From Leucoraja ocellata (taxonomy: Eukaryota): a stretch of 64,000 nt of DNA. The DNA lies in the NCBI GenBank assembly GCA_036785375.1, contig JAWMAR010000054.1:4588001-4652000 (forward strand), read 5' to 3'. Below, one piece after another: positions 24,700-39,096 of this stretch (the stretch's first letter is position 1; each line of letters begins with the position of its first letter). The translations under genes were made by a program, and so were the position numbers. A model generated the notes under the pieces. The model was not told the DNA's origin and made no database searches. It worked only from the letters and a program-made list of their open reading frames with translations.

Positions 24700-24978
24700 G
24701 ATACAAGGAATAAACAGGCACTTTGACCCACCGATTCCATGCCGGCCAGCGATCCTTGTATACCAGCACTATCCTACACATTAGGGGCAATATACAATTT
24801 TTACCGAAGCCAAATTAACCTACAAACCTACTCGTCTTTGGAGTGTGAGAGGAAATCGGAGCACCCAGGGAAAGCCCACGCGGTCACGGGGAGAATGTAC
24901 GAACTCTGTGTAGCACCTGTAATCAGGATCAAACCTGGTGCTGTAAAGCAGCAACTCTACTGCTGCGCCACCATGCCA
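24700..24978 (-). mobile_element. HE1/V-SINE-like SINE
   Basis: Reverse complement reads ggcatggtggcgcagcagtagagttgctgct.. followed by a V-domain-like gtgaccgcgtgggctttccctgggtgctccgatttcctctcacactccaaagac. Confidence 0.75.
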
Positions 24979-24999
24979 TCGCAAAGGAGTTATGTGAAC

Positions 25000-26745
25000 T
25001 GAACTCCAGAATTTTTGAGATAGTTATGGATATGCATTGGACTAGACCTCGGAGGAAAGGCTGGTCACAAGTCATAGGCAGGAGCTGGGGAGAGTAGATG
25101 GGAGCAGCTGTTATTGGGCATGTTCACATCTGGTGTGGAAGTTGTTTAGAGATAGCTGGTCAGAACTCAGGACCTAACACATTCCTGTGAGGTAGAGAGA
25201 CAAGGATGACAAAGTTTGGGAACCTTCTGAAAGATTTCACAAATTTAGTTAAAAAGGAAAAGGATGCATATGTTCGGTTTATCAGATCTTTGATGAATAT
25301 AAAAGAAGCAGGAGAGAGCTTAAACAGGGAATCTGGAGTGCTTAAAGGGACCATGAGATGTCCTTGGGTAAGTAGGATTAAGGAGAATCCAAGGCATTTT
25401 ATATGTATACTAAACACAAGAGGATAATTACGGAAAGGGTAAGGTAAACAAAGGAATTTATGCCAGGTGTTGGAGCAAATGGGAGAAGTACTAAATGAGT
25501 ACTTCATCAAGGAGAAGAGTTTGGAGGCATCAGGGAGGGATATGCTAATATTCTATAGCATGTTCATATCAAGAAAGGGAAGATGTGAGGTCTCTTGAAG
25601 ATCCGAGATTGTAACCGAAACCATGATTAGATAATCTCCTCTCTTGAAGAAGGCAAGAGAGGAGATTACTGGAGCCTTGATAGAGATCTTTGCATCCTCC
25701 TTAGCTTTACATGATTGAAGGCCCAGAGAAATGGAGAATAGCCAATGTGGTTGATCTGTTTAAGAAATGTGGTGGAGACAAAACAGGAAATTACTGTATA
25801 CTCTTGAGCCTTACATCAATACTGGAATAGATTATTAAAGATAGGATCTTGAAATCTTGCATCTGAAAAAGCATGGATGTATTGGGGTTAGTCAGCATGG
25901 CTCTGTGCAGGGAAGATTATGTTTTACAAACTTTATTGAGTTTTTTTAGGAGCTTACAAAGATGATTTGTGAGCATTGGACAGTGGATGTCATATACAAG
26001 GACTTTAGTAAAGCTTTTGACAAGGTTCCTCATGGTGGGCTGCTTAATATTAAGGCACATTGGATCCATGGAGACTTGGTAGATAGGATTCAAAATTGGC
26101 TTGGCTGTAAAAGACAGAGGGTATAAGGTTGGTATACATACATAGGACTTGGTAGGGATAACTTTTGCAGAACTTATAAACATTGACAGAGTTGTGGATA
26201 GTGAGGAGGGTTGTCAAAGGATTCATCAGGATAAAGACTAGTTGGAAATATGTGCAGATGGAGTTTTATCTGAACAAGTGTGAGGTGTTGCATTTTGTGA
26301 AGTCAAATATAAATGGAAAGTATACATTAAATGGCAAGACCCCCGGGGGCATTAATGTACAGAGTAACATTAGGGTGCGAATTTATAGCTCCCTGAAAGT
26401 GACAAAACAAGTAGATAGAATGATAAAGAAGGCACAAGGCGTGATCATTTTTTATCAGTATATGGGGCTTTCAGTATAAAAGTGAGGAAGTCGTGTTGCA
26501 GCTGTATTAAACTTTGGTTAGGCGACACTTGAATCCTGTTCTGGTCACTCCTTAACAGGACAGATGTGGAGGCTTTGGAGAGAGCGCAGAAGAGGTAGAG
26601 GTAAAACTGGCATGCTAATTGATAGAGTGCTGAAGAAGGGTTTTGGCATGTTAGCTTTCATCAGTTAGGAAAGGCTTATTGAAGGTGGGACATTATATTA
26701 CGGTTGTACAAAACATTGATGAGGCCATAGTTGGAGTATTGTATC
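25000..26745 (+). mobile_element. Degraded CR1 LINE ORF2
   Basis: RIKENPRHF; QHGxxxGRxCxTNxIEFF remnants; DFSKAFDKVPHG; NKCEVLHF. Confidence 0.8.
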
Positions 26746-28311
26746 GGAAGGAACTGCAGATGCTGGTTTACACCGAAGAGAGACACAAAATGCTAGAGTA
26801 ACTTAGCAGGACAGTCAGCATCTCTGGAGAGAAGGAATGGGTGACGTTTCAGCTCTGTACATTCCCAGTTATAATATTAAGTCACGATTCACTGAATACC
26901 GAGACTACCTTCTCTCCTCCTCTGCTCTGGAATCTGCCAAATTCAATAGCTTCAAATTTTAAAATTGTGCAGCTGAATTGTTCAGAAAGCCATGCCATGT
27001 TAATAAAATACCTAAGCATATGCTGACGTAACAAAGCCACTACCAAGAATTTTGAGTCTCATGCCCACTGATAGCCTCCCTGTGTGCAGTGCAACAGAGA
27101 ATTAAAATGTAGCCCTGTAGGTCAAGAATAGTCTTGAGCTGGCTTTTCACAGAAGCAAAATCATTGGCAGTATAGAACAGTACACTGCAGATTGTAGGAA
27201 CTACCCATCACATCAGAAAATGAGAAACCTGAAGGAAACAAAAAAGCATGTGGAATAATGCTTCCATTCACAACAAAGGCAGATCATTCTGGACAGACGA
27301 TAGCCATCAGTCGGCAAGCAGTCACAGGAGAGGATTATGAGAAGTTTAGGTTGAGCACCAGCAATAGATAATACCTGTGAAATATTTTTGTGACAGTCAA
27401 ACTAGTTACAAATTAGCAGATGGATCCACTGAGATAGAATATATGGATATGATGGATTGAAATAAGCTTCTGCACAGTATTCAATTTCCCCTTATTCTAT
27501 GATTACTGTGGTCCTGAAGCAAAAAGGTAGAACATATTCATGTATCTACAAATGCAGCATGATTTGCTTATTTATAAAGGGACCAAACCTTTTTTATATG
27601 TGTTGGTGTTTTCATGATCGGGGATGTAAATGCAGCAGAGCGTACATTCCCATGTACAAAGTTGACAAGAGTAATTACCAGTTCAATAAATAGGTTGCGC
27701 CAGGGATCAGACACAATCCAAACCACAGTTAGTATAAATCACAACCATGACAATGCTTGCGGTTATGAGTAGGAACAAGGTTACAGAATGAGGAGATTCA
27801 TTAATAAAAACGTGTTTGTACTTTTTACTGATAGCTTCTATTCAATGGCAAATAATTAGAATTCGTGGTAAAGTACATATCTTTCATTAACAAGTTAATA
27901 TTAAAATTAATTGGTTTTGACAATTTAAAAAGTATCTAAAGTGAAAATTGGTTCAAACTGTGACCAAAACATATAATATTCTACATTTAAATTATCTTTT
28001 CATCCTGAATTAATTTTTCTTCTATAACAACATTGGCACTGAAACTCACCAGCACTGTTGGAATCATGGCGATAACAGTTGCAAAGTGTGTAATTTCTGG
28101 CATTTTTCTTGCTAGTAGTTTACAGTAGCACATTACAAAGTTTAGCATCTTGATTTGAAATAGCAATGTGCGTAATCTGTGGGTAGGTACTCACAAACCA
28201 GTAGCTCAACAAAGCATAGTTGTTTATTCCAGGTTCACTAAATCTTTACGGACTATTATTACAATCAAGTAAAAGGTTGATCACATGATATTTACTGAAT
28301 GAGGCAGAAGC

Positions 28312-28532
28312 CTCATTTTTCTCACAAAGAGTGGTGAGTCTATGGAATTCTCTGCCTCAGAGGGAGGTGGAGGCCGGTTCTCTGGATGCTTTCAAGAGAG
28401 AGCTAGATAGGGCTCTTAAAAATAGCGGAGTCAGGGGATATGGGGAGAAGGCAGGAACGGGGTTGATTGGGGATGATCAGCCATGATCACATTCAAGGGC
28501 CAAATGTTCCTGCACCTATTGTCTACTGTCTA
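28312..28532 (+). mobile_element. CR1 3' end
   Basis: ttcacaaagagtggtgagtctatggaattctctgcc..; tail ctattgtctactgtcta. Confidence 0.8.
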
Positions 28533-29989
28533 AGCCTTAAAGCAACAATTGCCTTTTCACAAGGATCGATAAGCATGCTCTCACTTTTACTAAGGACTTA
28601 AATATATTATCTAATCATGGTTTCTGTTACAATCTCGGATCTGTGACGCAACCAAATTCTCACATTCACATTGGATCTCATTGAGCCATTCTCTTCAGAT
28701 TCACCAGAATTTCTCGGGATCTTTATTCAGATTCAGATTCAGATTCAATTTTAATTGTCATTGTCAGTGTACAGTATCGCCCCTTCCTCTAAAATTTCTA
28801 CTTGACTGGTTCCTCCATTTACATATTTTTCTTTTTTTTAATGTAATAATGGCAAGTCAAATTTCACGACACTATTTGGTGTATGTGATAATAAATGTCC
28901 TTTGTATCCTTTGTAATGTAATAATAGCCGGGTTGTTTTGCCTGAATTTCATGTTTGTTGCCAAATTCTTAAATGTGAGTCCAAAAATGTTTAACAATCA
29001 AAGGTATCATTATCCACCCTATGGACAGTATAATAATTTTCTTGACGGACGATACAAGCAGATGGAGCTATGTCCTTTACAATGCTGCTATCTTTCTGCC
29101 CAGTCACCCTCTGGTGCTGCATCCACCTTGTTCTTTCTTGAACTTGAATCAAGTTTCTGCTTCTACGATCCATACTTCTGCTGATATTGCACATCTTCAA
29201 ATGCAAGGTGCTGTGTGTCCCATATGGTGATTTTTTGGATAACTCATCCATCTCATTCACGGTGCTCACATCTGCCTTGATTTTGGTGCCAGTTGAAAGA
29301 TTACAAAGGGCTGCAGTCTCACTGAATCCATTACTATTTTATAATTGAAAGAGGAGATCTGCTCTTGTAGTTCTCCTGACAACTACCTGCATGGATTTTT
29401 TTAATAGATTGAAAATGAACAATTATAAATTCCCTCTTTTCATCTACTCTCTTGGTACTTTGATTCAGAAGCATTTTCAGGAATAACACGATGTATTTCA
29501 GCAGCGGACACTGTCAGGTTCTTTACCATATGACCCGATATTGTTAGTGAAGTCAATAATGATGAGCCAAACTCTCAATCTTCTGTTTCTGTTGCCTTTC
29601 TGTTTCCAAGCTCAGCATTTCCAGTGCCTCGCTTTGCCATCCCATTATGAGAGACACATAAACCTAATGTGATAGCACCTCTGATTTATTAAAAGCTTAT
29701 TTTGTATAACAAGCAATGTCTTGCAATTCTGTTATCTTCTGTCACCGGGATTGCTTTCTTGCTATTTCCGGTTCATTAACATGGCCCATCACTGTAGTCC
29801 CACTGAGTTCCAAAACCCATAACAGTTGCTCCTCCTTTGAAAGTCTACAAAACCAAATTTCTTATTAGGCCAGATACAGACACTGACAACTAGTAGATTC
29901 CTTTTAGCAAAGAGCTTTTGATGTCCTTTTTCATTTCTCAAAATTCTTAATGAGTTTATATTTTCAATGGAATAGATAAATGCCTCTGC

Positions 29990-30760
29990 TCTTCTCTGAA
30001 GAGATAGGTGTCGGGGATATGTTCTCTCTTACTTCCATCCAGGAACCCCAGCAGCCCTTCCTGGTGAGACAGAGGTTCACTTCCACCTCTTCCAACTTTG
30101 TTTATTGCATTCGGTACTCCTTGGGTAGCGTACTCTTTGAGACTAAGCGTGAAGGGAACTGTTTCGCCAAACTGTCTGCGGGAGCTCCCGGCTGCAAACC
30201 ATTTTAACACTTCTTCCCATTTCCATTCAAACCTTTCTGTCCTTGGCCTCCTCCACTACCAGAGTGTGGCCACATGCAATCTGGAGGCACAGTAGCCTCA
30301 TATTCCATTTGGGTAGCCTGCAACCCAACAGTATGAACACTGAATTCTTCAATTTCAGGTAAAAAACCTCAACCCCCTCCCCTCTCAACATCCATTCCCC
30401 TAGTGCGTACACATTTCTTCCTACATCTTCCACCACCCTACACGTTTCCCCTCCTCTATACACTCACCTGCCACCACTCATTCTCCCCACCACACCTCCC
30501 AGTTCACCAATTTCCCTATTATATCCCCTCGTTCCTCTTCCCTCTGTCCCTTCCACCCATATTCCTCACTCTGGCTTTACATATCAGTCCTCGTTGTATT
30601 TCCTTAACTCACATCCTTTTATTTACTTTTCACTGCTAGTCTTTGTCACTATCTGTCTGCCACTCAACCCTCCCTTCACATGTATCCACCTATCACTTGC
30701 CAGGTTTTGACCCACCCCCAGCCCTACCTCTTCCTTTCTTCCCCCATTCCTTCAGCCTTT
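29990..30760 (+). mobile_element. Penelope-like element, GIY-YIG endonuclease remnant and 3' UTR
   Basis: FLVRQRFTSTSSNFVYCIRYS..LFETKR, HFNTSSH..LSVLGLLHYQS, FHLGSLQPNSMNTEFFNFR. Confidence 0.8.
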
Positions 30761-32029
30761 GCTGAATTTCACATGCAGTGAAAATCTCAAATCCTTTGCT
30801 TGGAAATACACGGAAACACTGTGTAACTGGTGGAAATTGTGCACCACATCCCACAAGTTCTACAGTCTTGGAGTGTGAAGCACTTCCTGACCCACCTGTG
30901 GCGAATTCTGTGAATCCTATTTTTGCCTCAGCTATCTCAGAATCCATGGAATTGAAGTGGAGCAAGTCACAAGGAAACGTCTGGTAAGGAGAAGGAGAAC
31001 TGCATGCAAACTAAATATTAGGTTCCAGTTCTATTATCCATCATTTCTCACCCTTATCCATCCTCCACTCAGTAATGTCAGCATGCATGTCCAGTCTAAC
31101 ACCACCATCAACAATTCCATATCTTGCCAATTATTCAACGCAGTGAATACCATCTGATCCAGTGTCTTCAGTATCTTACCCAAGTATATGCATGACACTG
31201 CATTGCTGTCAATTAATGGGATCCTGCTAAACGTTTAACTATATGTGTTTCTTCCCATGAATGAATGCTCTGCAGCAATATATATTTTCAGTTCAATAAC
31301 AGTCTGAAATGGCTTTGTGATTTCTTTTTATTATCCCCATTTTCTCAATAGGGTCTAGAATACCCTTTCCTAGTTGGCACTTAAATGTGCTGTGGACTCT
31401 GAACTGCCTCCTCAAATCATAGAATTTATAGAGGGGCAATAAATTCCAGCATTGTCAGTAAATCTACACATTCAATAAATATAGAAATAAATCAGCTGAG
31501 TAACAGCTGTGGAAACAGAAGTGTCGCCACCCGGAGAGAGGGCAGCTGACATGCACCAAGGGACTCTTGTCACTTTCCCCATGTGGTGAAAAAAAAATTC
31601 ATCCTGAAATGTTAACCTTGTTTTTATCTCCATAAATGTTGTTTGACCTACTGAGTACTTCCAGATTTTTCTGTTTGTATTTCAATTTCCAACATTTATT
31701 GAATGTTGAAATAAAACTAGCGAGCAATAAAGGTGACGTTAATGGTGAAGCCTCTATATAATTATAGTAAAATACCATTACTTTCGTACTCAAATCCCCC
31801 GGTTAACACTGTATAAAATATATTAGAAAGCTAAGCTAAAGTCATATCAATTCACATAGTATCCGCAACAAGTTGGATGAATTAAAGGTGCGAATAATGA
31901 TGAATGGATGATATAAATTGCTCTCATTGCTAGATTTAATTGCTATTACAGATATGTGGCTACCGAACGACCAAAGTTAGGAACTAAATATTCCAGTGCA
32001 TTTAATATTACAGAAGGATAGACAAAAGG

Positions 32030-32420
32030 AACATACAAGGTTAGGAGCAGGAAAAGGCCAATCAGCACTCTCAAGCTACCCCGCATTTTACAAGATCAAG
32101 GCTGATCTGATCTGAATCACAACTCCGTATTCCCATCTGTCTATGTTAACCCTTCACCCATTGCTTACGAAGAACCTTTTTACTTTAGCCTTCCGAATAT
32201 TCAAAGACCATCCTTCCACCACTGTCTTCTGAGACGAGAGTTCCAAACTTCTAAACCCTCTGTGGGAAAAAACCCCACCCCATCTTCACCTTAAATGGGT
32301 GTCCCAATAGTTTTAAACAATGATCCCTTGATCGAGATTCAGAGGAACCAATCTCTCCACATCCATCATATTGTTTAAATCAAATCCCATCTCAATTTTC
32401 CAAACTCCAGTTGATTCAAC
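32030..32420 (-). mobile_element. Degraded CR1 3' end
   Basis: ttaggagcaggaaaaggccaatcagcactc..; the reverse complement matches a CR1 3' UTR. Confidence 0.6.
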
Positions 32421-33307
32421 ATTGAGACATGAATGCTTGCTGACAATGAAGGTGAAAGCTGATGGGTGGGAAGGGTGATTTCAAGCATCTGAAGATCTGG
32501 ATAGCCCAGATTCTCTGCAACCGTTACCACATACAGCTACTGACAGGCTATAGTTAAGATTGTGGATTTGCTGGGAAAGTTGTTACCTTGCAATGGACCA
32601 ACAGCAAGAGTTTCGGAATATTTGTTGTAAGACACAAGTTTGAATCTTACCATGACAGTGGGCAATTTAAATTCAAGTAATTTGATTGGGAAATACAGGT
32701 AATCATTGTGATCACTGCCAGGTTATTGTACAGTAAAATCCATGACAGAGGAAATCCCTCATCCTTACTGGTCTACACGATGACAGACTCTTGTAGTGGA
32801 CTCTGCTTCCTCAGTTCAGGCAAATTATGGAGATATAATATATGACAGTACAGGTCCACCACTGATTTTCCTCACCTTTGGTTCCAGGGCCTTTCTGAAT
32901 TATCCGTTTTGCCTTTCCAACAGAAATCATGACCTCTGAGAGGAGCCCAACGGTAGTGGAACGGTCCGTCTTGGCAGCCGAGGAACCAAGATATCGGACC
33001 GCAAAGTCGGCTTCGGAAGTCGGCAATGGGAACAGATCTTTGAATGTTGTTTGACCCACTGAGTACCTGCTTACTGAATACTTCCAGAATTTTATGCCTT
33101 TTTTGGGCGAGAACCTTTGAAGCATATTTGTTGCTAAGTTGAAGTCTTTGCCATCTATTTAGTTCTTGAAGATTTGTACATGTAACCACTGCGTATTTAG
33201 GTCAAATAATTTGAAAGGATATGCATCAGGGACAGAGTATGAAAGGTAAAATTGAAACCGGCAAGAGATGAAAATTAGACTTTATATTATTAAAATGAGC
33301 ATTATTT

Positions 33308-33750
33308 AGACAATAGACAATAGGTGCAGGAGTAGGCCATTTGGCCCTTCAAGCCAGCACCGCCATTCAATGTGATCATGGCTGATCAAATCAAATCAGT
33401 ACCCCATTCCTGCCTTCTCCCCGTATCCCCTGACTCCGCTATTTTTTAAGAGCCCTATTTAGCTCTCTCTTGAAAGCATCCAGAGAATCTGCCTCCACTG
33501 CCCTCTGAGGCAGAGAATTCCACAGACTCACCACTCTCTGTGAGAAAAAATGTTTCCTCGTCTTCGTTCTAAATGGCTTACTCCTTATTCTTAAACTGTG
33601 GCCTCTGGTTCTGGACTCCCCAACATCGGGAACATGTGTCCTGCCTCCAGCGTGTCCAAACCCTTAACAATCTTATATATTTCAATAAGATCCACCCTCA
33701 TCCTTCTAAACTCCAGAGTGTACAAGCCCAGCTGCTCCATTCACTCAGCC
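33308..33750 (-). mobile_element. CR1 3' end (about 440 bp)
   Basis: (agacaat)n tail at 33308-33322. The reverse complement encodes LGLYTLEFRRMRVDLIEIYKIVKGLDTLEAG. Confidence 0.88.
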
Positions 33751-33751
33751 T

Positions 33752-33757
33752 AAAAAA
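33752..33757 (-). terminator. Pol III T6 terminator of tRNA-Gly
   Basis: AAAAAA on the + strand, 4 nt downstream of the tRNA 3' end. Confidence 0.8.
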
Positions 33758-33761
33758 GGTT

Positions 33762-33832
33762 TGCATTGGCCGGGAATCGAACCCGGGCCTCCCGCGTGGC
33801 AGGCGAGAATTCTACCACTGAACTACCAATGC
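33762..33832 (-). tRNA. tRNA-Gly (GCC)
   Basis: GCATTGGTAGTTCAGTGGTAGAATTCTCGCCTGCCACGCGGGAGGCCCGGGTTCGATTCCCGGCCAATGCA. 71 nt, paired acceptor stem, intact A and B boxes, no encoded CCA. One change (position 9, G>A) versus the common vertebrate sequence. Confidence 0.95.
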
Positions 33833-36800
33833 AGCTAGTATATCACATTATACATAATGTAGAAACATAGAACTGTTGCATTTTAAGCTTCAACCTTTGC
33901 TAATCTGTTTGCTAATTAGCACAAATCCCACACTCAGAACCCGCAGCTTCTTTCCATCTCCATCTTTTATTTCCTTAAAAATATGACCAGGCTTCTTATC
34001 ATCCTTCCTCTTATCTCCTCCCGTGGCTGTTTGATCAAGCTCTTAAAAGAACATTATGGTCTTTTATTATATGAAATCATTCTAGAAGTACATATGTTAT
34101 TTATCAATACACATATTAGAAGAAAGTGATTTTTAATAACTACAGTAATGGCTTTTTGATATATCATGTTTTTATTGAATCATAGCAACTCACAAAACTC
34201 ACGCCAGCCGCCTGTAGGGCAATATACTTAGTCCCACCCTACCATCACACTTTTTAGAGAATTCAGTAAATTATTTTATTTCGTGCCAATTCATTTTCCT
34301 TTTAAAAGGCCTCATTGAGTGTATTTCTACTTCATCTAGAAGCAGTGAGTTCCAGATCTATTCTCTGCATAAATAATGCACTTCTCCAGTGTTATTTGCC
34401 CTTCTCTATAATCATGCATCTCCAGGTCCTCAAAACATCCATTCATGATATGAGACCTTGGTGACTAGTCAGTCGTGATTGTTGGGTTTTTTTTACTCGG
34501 AAGATTTATTTTAATTTCAAGGAAGTGTACAGTACCCAGAGACATTTCATTGATATTCCCATTCAGTGTTATACTGAAGTGGATCAGATGGATTTCTTCG
34601 CATTCTTTTCTCGTTGATAAAGTACCTTGCATCTTTTGCAACAGGGGTGAAATCAATATCTCCTTGGACAGGGAAAGATGGGTACTTATAAATGCACCAC
34701 CTAATATGTGGTTTGGGATTTAGCGTCCCAATACATTCTTCCATTACATAGTTATTTATATAAATTCAAACTGTGCAGTGAGCTTTACCAACATTGTTTT
34801 TAATAATGTAAATGTGTGGCCTCGTGTTTCAAACAATGAATATGTAGCCCATTGGAATGTAATACGTGTAACTAGTGTTTATGGTATACAATTTAAATAC
34901 ATTGCCCATTCATGCATCAGGAATCATATGATAAAACAGAAGATTGCTTAATACATTGTTCATTCTTCTTGTCTCTTTCAATTCATTGGATAAAAAATGG
35001 CCCTAAGTTTCAAACAATACATGCCTGGAGATGTATTCTGGATGAGAACATTAAATGCATGCATGGCGAAAAATATCCTGCCAGAATCATGTTGTGTGAT
35101 TAATACCACTGGTTTCAACTAAGATTGTCAAATAATTTGCAGACTAAATGCATTTGCAACTTTTTAAACATTTTGCAAATGTTAATGTGAGTTCATGTGA
35201 GCTGCATTTGTATACAAATATGAAAGTATTAGATAGCAGAAGGACAATACATGGGGACCAGAATAAATGGCAGGCATGATTAAAATCAGTAGTCCAGAAC
35301 TTGGCAATATATTGTTCACCCCTTTGCTCACAAACTTGCTAATATGCCAATATGATGTTTAGGAAGAGTGCACATATCTAGGTTAAAGTGCATCATTAAA
35401 ATAGGCATGTCAGAAACACTGAAACGTAAATCATTATATTAAATTTCGATTCTGACCTTTTTGCAGACCTGCTTTTAGTTTTCGAGTGTTTGATGCCGGT
35501 AGCCTCAAATCTCACTGTACCAATTGGTGCGTGTGACAATAAATGTAACTTGAACTTGAACTTGTAATGACGCAGGACCTTGTGTAACAGATAGGAAAAC
35601 CATTTCATCAAAACGATTTAAAGGGACCAAGTATAACATACAGATAGTGAATGCTTTACAAATCTCTGGACAATGTTCGGGGAGCTTATTTTCTTATATT
35701 AATCTTCCCCGGGAATAATACTTGAGGAGATTTTTCTTTACCAAAGTATCTGTCACCAAATTATGATATTTATAGGGCCTAGAGGGACTGTGAGGAGGGA
35801 AAAAGAATTGAGTACTGTAAAATATAAATACAAACAGATAAAACAATGAAGTAGGTTGGAAATAATGAATTGAAAGGTCTGTGATTTTGTGGTGCATGGC
35901 TCGATGATTCTACACAAAGGGGTGAGTAAGGAGGCTTGGTGATTAGGAAACAATCAGCACCATCTTTATTTTGGAGCAAATTCATAAACATTGTTCATGG
36001 CAAGGGTAAGAGCAGGAAGTGATGATTAATGGTTGATGGAGACTGGTTTGGCCTCCTTCCAATAGTAGAGAGGGTTGTGTCGGTCCTGGTGGAGATTGAG
36101 ATGTAAAGAGTATCCATGGTGAAAATAAGATGTTGTCAAGGAAAGTGTTTGAAACGGAGGAGGGATTGAGAACAGTCAGAGAAGCTTAATAAAAAAAGAA
36201 TGAAAAAATGAGCAAACATTTTAAAAAAATGAATGGAATTAGTTGACATTTTTCAAAAGTGTATTTCTCGAGAAAGGAGAAACATGTGAGGGAGAATTTG
36301 CAATTTAACAATATTATGCACACTATTGATGCCTTTAACCCATTTTATAATCCATATTGCAGTTGAATATTAAAGGTTGTATATTACTTTGGTTAAAATG
36401 TGAGTGGAAGTTGTTTTATATTTTTCATATAATGTTAACTATGATCAATGGATAACCATTTTATTTGTTGTAGTAGCCCCAGAGCTATAGTATGTCTTAT
36501 GGTACCACAAGGATATAAAAAAATATGTGTTCTAATTTAATATTCCCTGCAGGGAGGTCCTTCATCAATGCAGAAAGTGATTTAATCTTTTCTTGTATTT
36601 AAATGAGATGCCATTTCCCCTTGCCCATGGCATTTCAGCAGTATCTAGGGAGGAATTAAAGTTCACAGCTATAGGCAGGTACAAAAACAATATTTTAATA
36701 ATTGTCATAGTAATCAATAATATGCTGTCAAATAATGACAAGGATAATAGTACAGTTTTTTTGAATGCTCAAAGGCCAAATTTAGATATGGACAAGGGCA

Positions 36801-38057
36801 AATGTGCAATTAGAACGGAATAGGAAGCATCGGAACAGCTCATTTGTTCATAATGTCCGTGCAGAACACGATGCCAAGTTAATCTAATCTCCTCTGCCTA
36901 CATGTGATACATATTACTCCATTCCCTACACATCCATGCACCTATCGAAAAGCCTGTTAAATGCACTGTGTTATCAGCTTCCATCATCACCAGGTGGTTC
37001 CAGAAACTCACCACTCGCTGTGCAAATTAGTTCGGCAGCAGGAGGCCTAAGCAGGGTTGTTTTTGTCTTCGGAATTCAGGATTAGTGCTGGCACACAATA
37101 TTTACTGTATACATTGACAATTCAGATATGAATACAGGAGATATGATTAGCCAGTTTGTGGCTGAAAAGAAAACCAGAAGTGTTGTTGATTGTGACAAAG
37201 ATAGTCATAGAGCACTAGATGATATTCATCAATTTATAAGATCGACTGAGCAATAGCAAGTGGAATTTAATCCTGATAAGTGCAAAGTGATGTATTTTTG
37301 GAGAACTATTATAGATAGGATGAACATAATGAATAGCAGAGTCTTAGGGATTTGAGAGACTACACATCCGAGGCCTTCTCAAGGGGCAGCACAGGTAGAT
37401 AAAATGGTGAAGGTACATTTGATTTTTACATTCATTGGCAGGGGCATGGAATATAAGAGTAGGTAAAGGTCACAGCTGTAGGAAGTACCGGAAGAATGTG
37501 ATTGCATGGAAAGGATGCAGAGAATCACTACGATAAAAAGACACAAAGTGCTGGGGTAACTCACAGGGCCAGGCAGCATCTCAGGGGAACATGGATAGGT
37601 GACATTTCTGGTCGGAGCCCTTCTTAAGACACAATATGGGTGCGGTGGCGTCGGGGGGGAGAAAGTTGGATGAAAGAGGATGAGTAGGATAAAGCCTGGT
37701 AGGAAATACAGTTGATACAGGTGAATGGGAAGCAGTGGGAGGGTTGATAGGTGGATGGTTGGACAAATGGCAGAAATGAAAAGACACAAGGTGTAAAATA
37801 AGAGGATCGAAGAGTTGCAAATTACAAAGCAAGAGGAAGGAATGTACAGTGCATTCGTATTCAGACCCCTTCACTTTTTCCACGTTTTGTTACGTTACAG
37901 CCTTATTTTAAAATGGATTAAATTCATTTTGTTATCATCAATCTACACACAATACCCCAGAATGAAGAAGCGAAAACAGGTGTTTAGAAATCTTTGCAAA
38001 GTAATTAAAAAGAAATAACTGAAATATTACATTTACATAAGTATTCAGACCTTTTGC

Positions 38058-39096
38058 TAGCAATGTTACAAAATTTTGAGATTTAAAAAATCAAGTCTGT
38101 AATTTATCCCATCAGATAAAGCATAACAATAAGTTTAATTTGACACCTAATTCACTTTCATATCTCAAGTAATAAAAAAGTTATGGCCATTTTCATACTC
38201 AGAAATTAGCATCTTGTTCCCTATTGATTTTCTATGGACATAACAAAAAAGCTGTGATCATGGACAGTCAAAAGCCCATAACCTTCTTAAAAATTAAGAG
38301 AACTGAATGAAATTTTCAGTTATCATAGATTGAAGCATTCTGAAACTAATATAAAATAATCTTACTTGGATGACCTGAAATTAAAGCATATAATTAGTTA
38401 GTTACCCAATTTGTAGCTAATTTCAAACTTCAATTACTAGATCTAAACATCTATCCATTTCTTAATAAATGATTAACATTTTTAAATAGCCTAAGTGTCC
38501 AAATAATATTCACAAATAATTCACAATAAAACATGATTTTTAAATCTCATTTACATCAATTTATAGGCCAAATGGAAGGAATTTAGTGTTCAATTGCTGT
38601 GAATTAAAGTCCATTTTAAATCGGCTTTCTAGTGGGTTCCTGTGAACGCGCTGGTTTAGAACGTTCACATTGTGCTGGATTTGTGCCCTCAAATGCCCAG
38701 AAAAATACTGCGGGATATAAAGAGCCCAAAATGAGCTACTCTATAGAAAACTTTATATACAGGGATCTTAAGAAGCCCCTTTTAATGTAAAAATAAGGTA
38801 CATACCTTTAATTGTTTGCTTTATAAAACCCTGGGGCTGCGAGAGGTCGCGGGTTTAGAGAGTGATTTTTAAACTACTATAACTATTATACAAGGCCATA
38901 AAAACTAATAATACCTTTTGCGACGGGGTCTTTCAGTGATTTTCCGTTAATGATTTACTAGGCTGAACATTTTCGATTGCAACAGCCTAGTAAAAATCGC
39001 GATTTAAACCCGCCCCCTCTAAACAGCGCCAAAATCGTGCACACGGCCTGGGGCAGATTCTCATCGACGATTCAGGTAGGTTTTGTAACATACCTA
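38058..39096. mobile_element. Non-autonomous DNA transposon nested in the Tc1
   Basis: Imperfect 16-bp TIRs (TAGCAATGTTACAAAA / TTTTGTAACATACCTA). Duplicated CTTTTGC at 38051-38057 and 39097-39103. The Tc1 sequence resumes after it. Confidence 0.8.

Noticed and set aside
30779-30983. Plus-strand exon-like segment (cag|..ctg|gtaagg) with one open frame
   Set aside because: Peptide not recognisable, and the polypyrimidine tract comes from the adjacent Penelope 3' UTR. Insufficient support.
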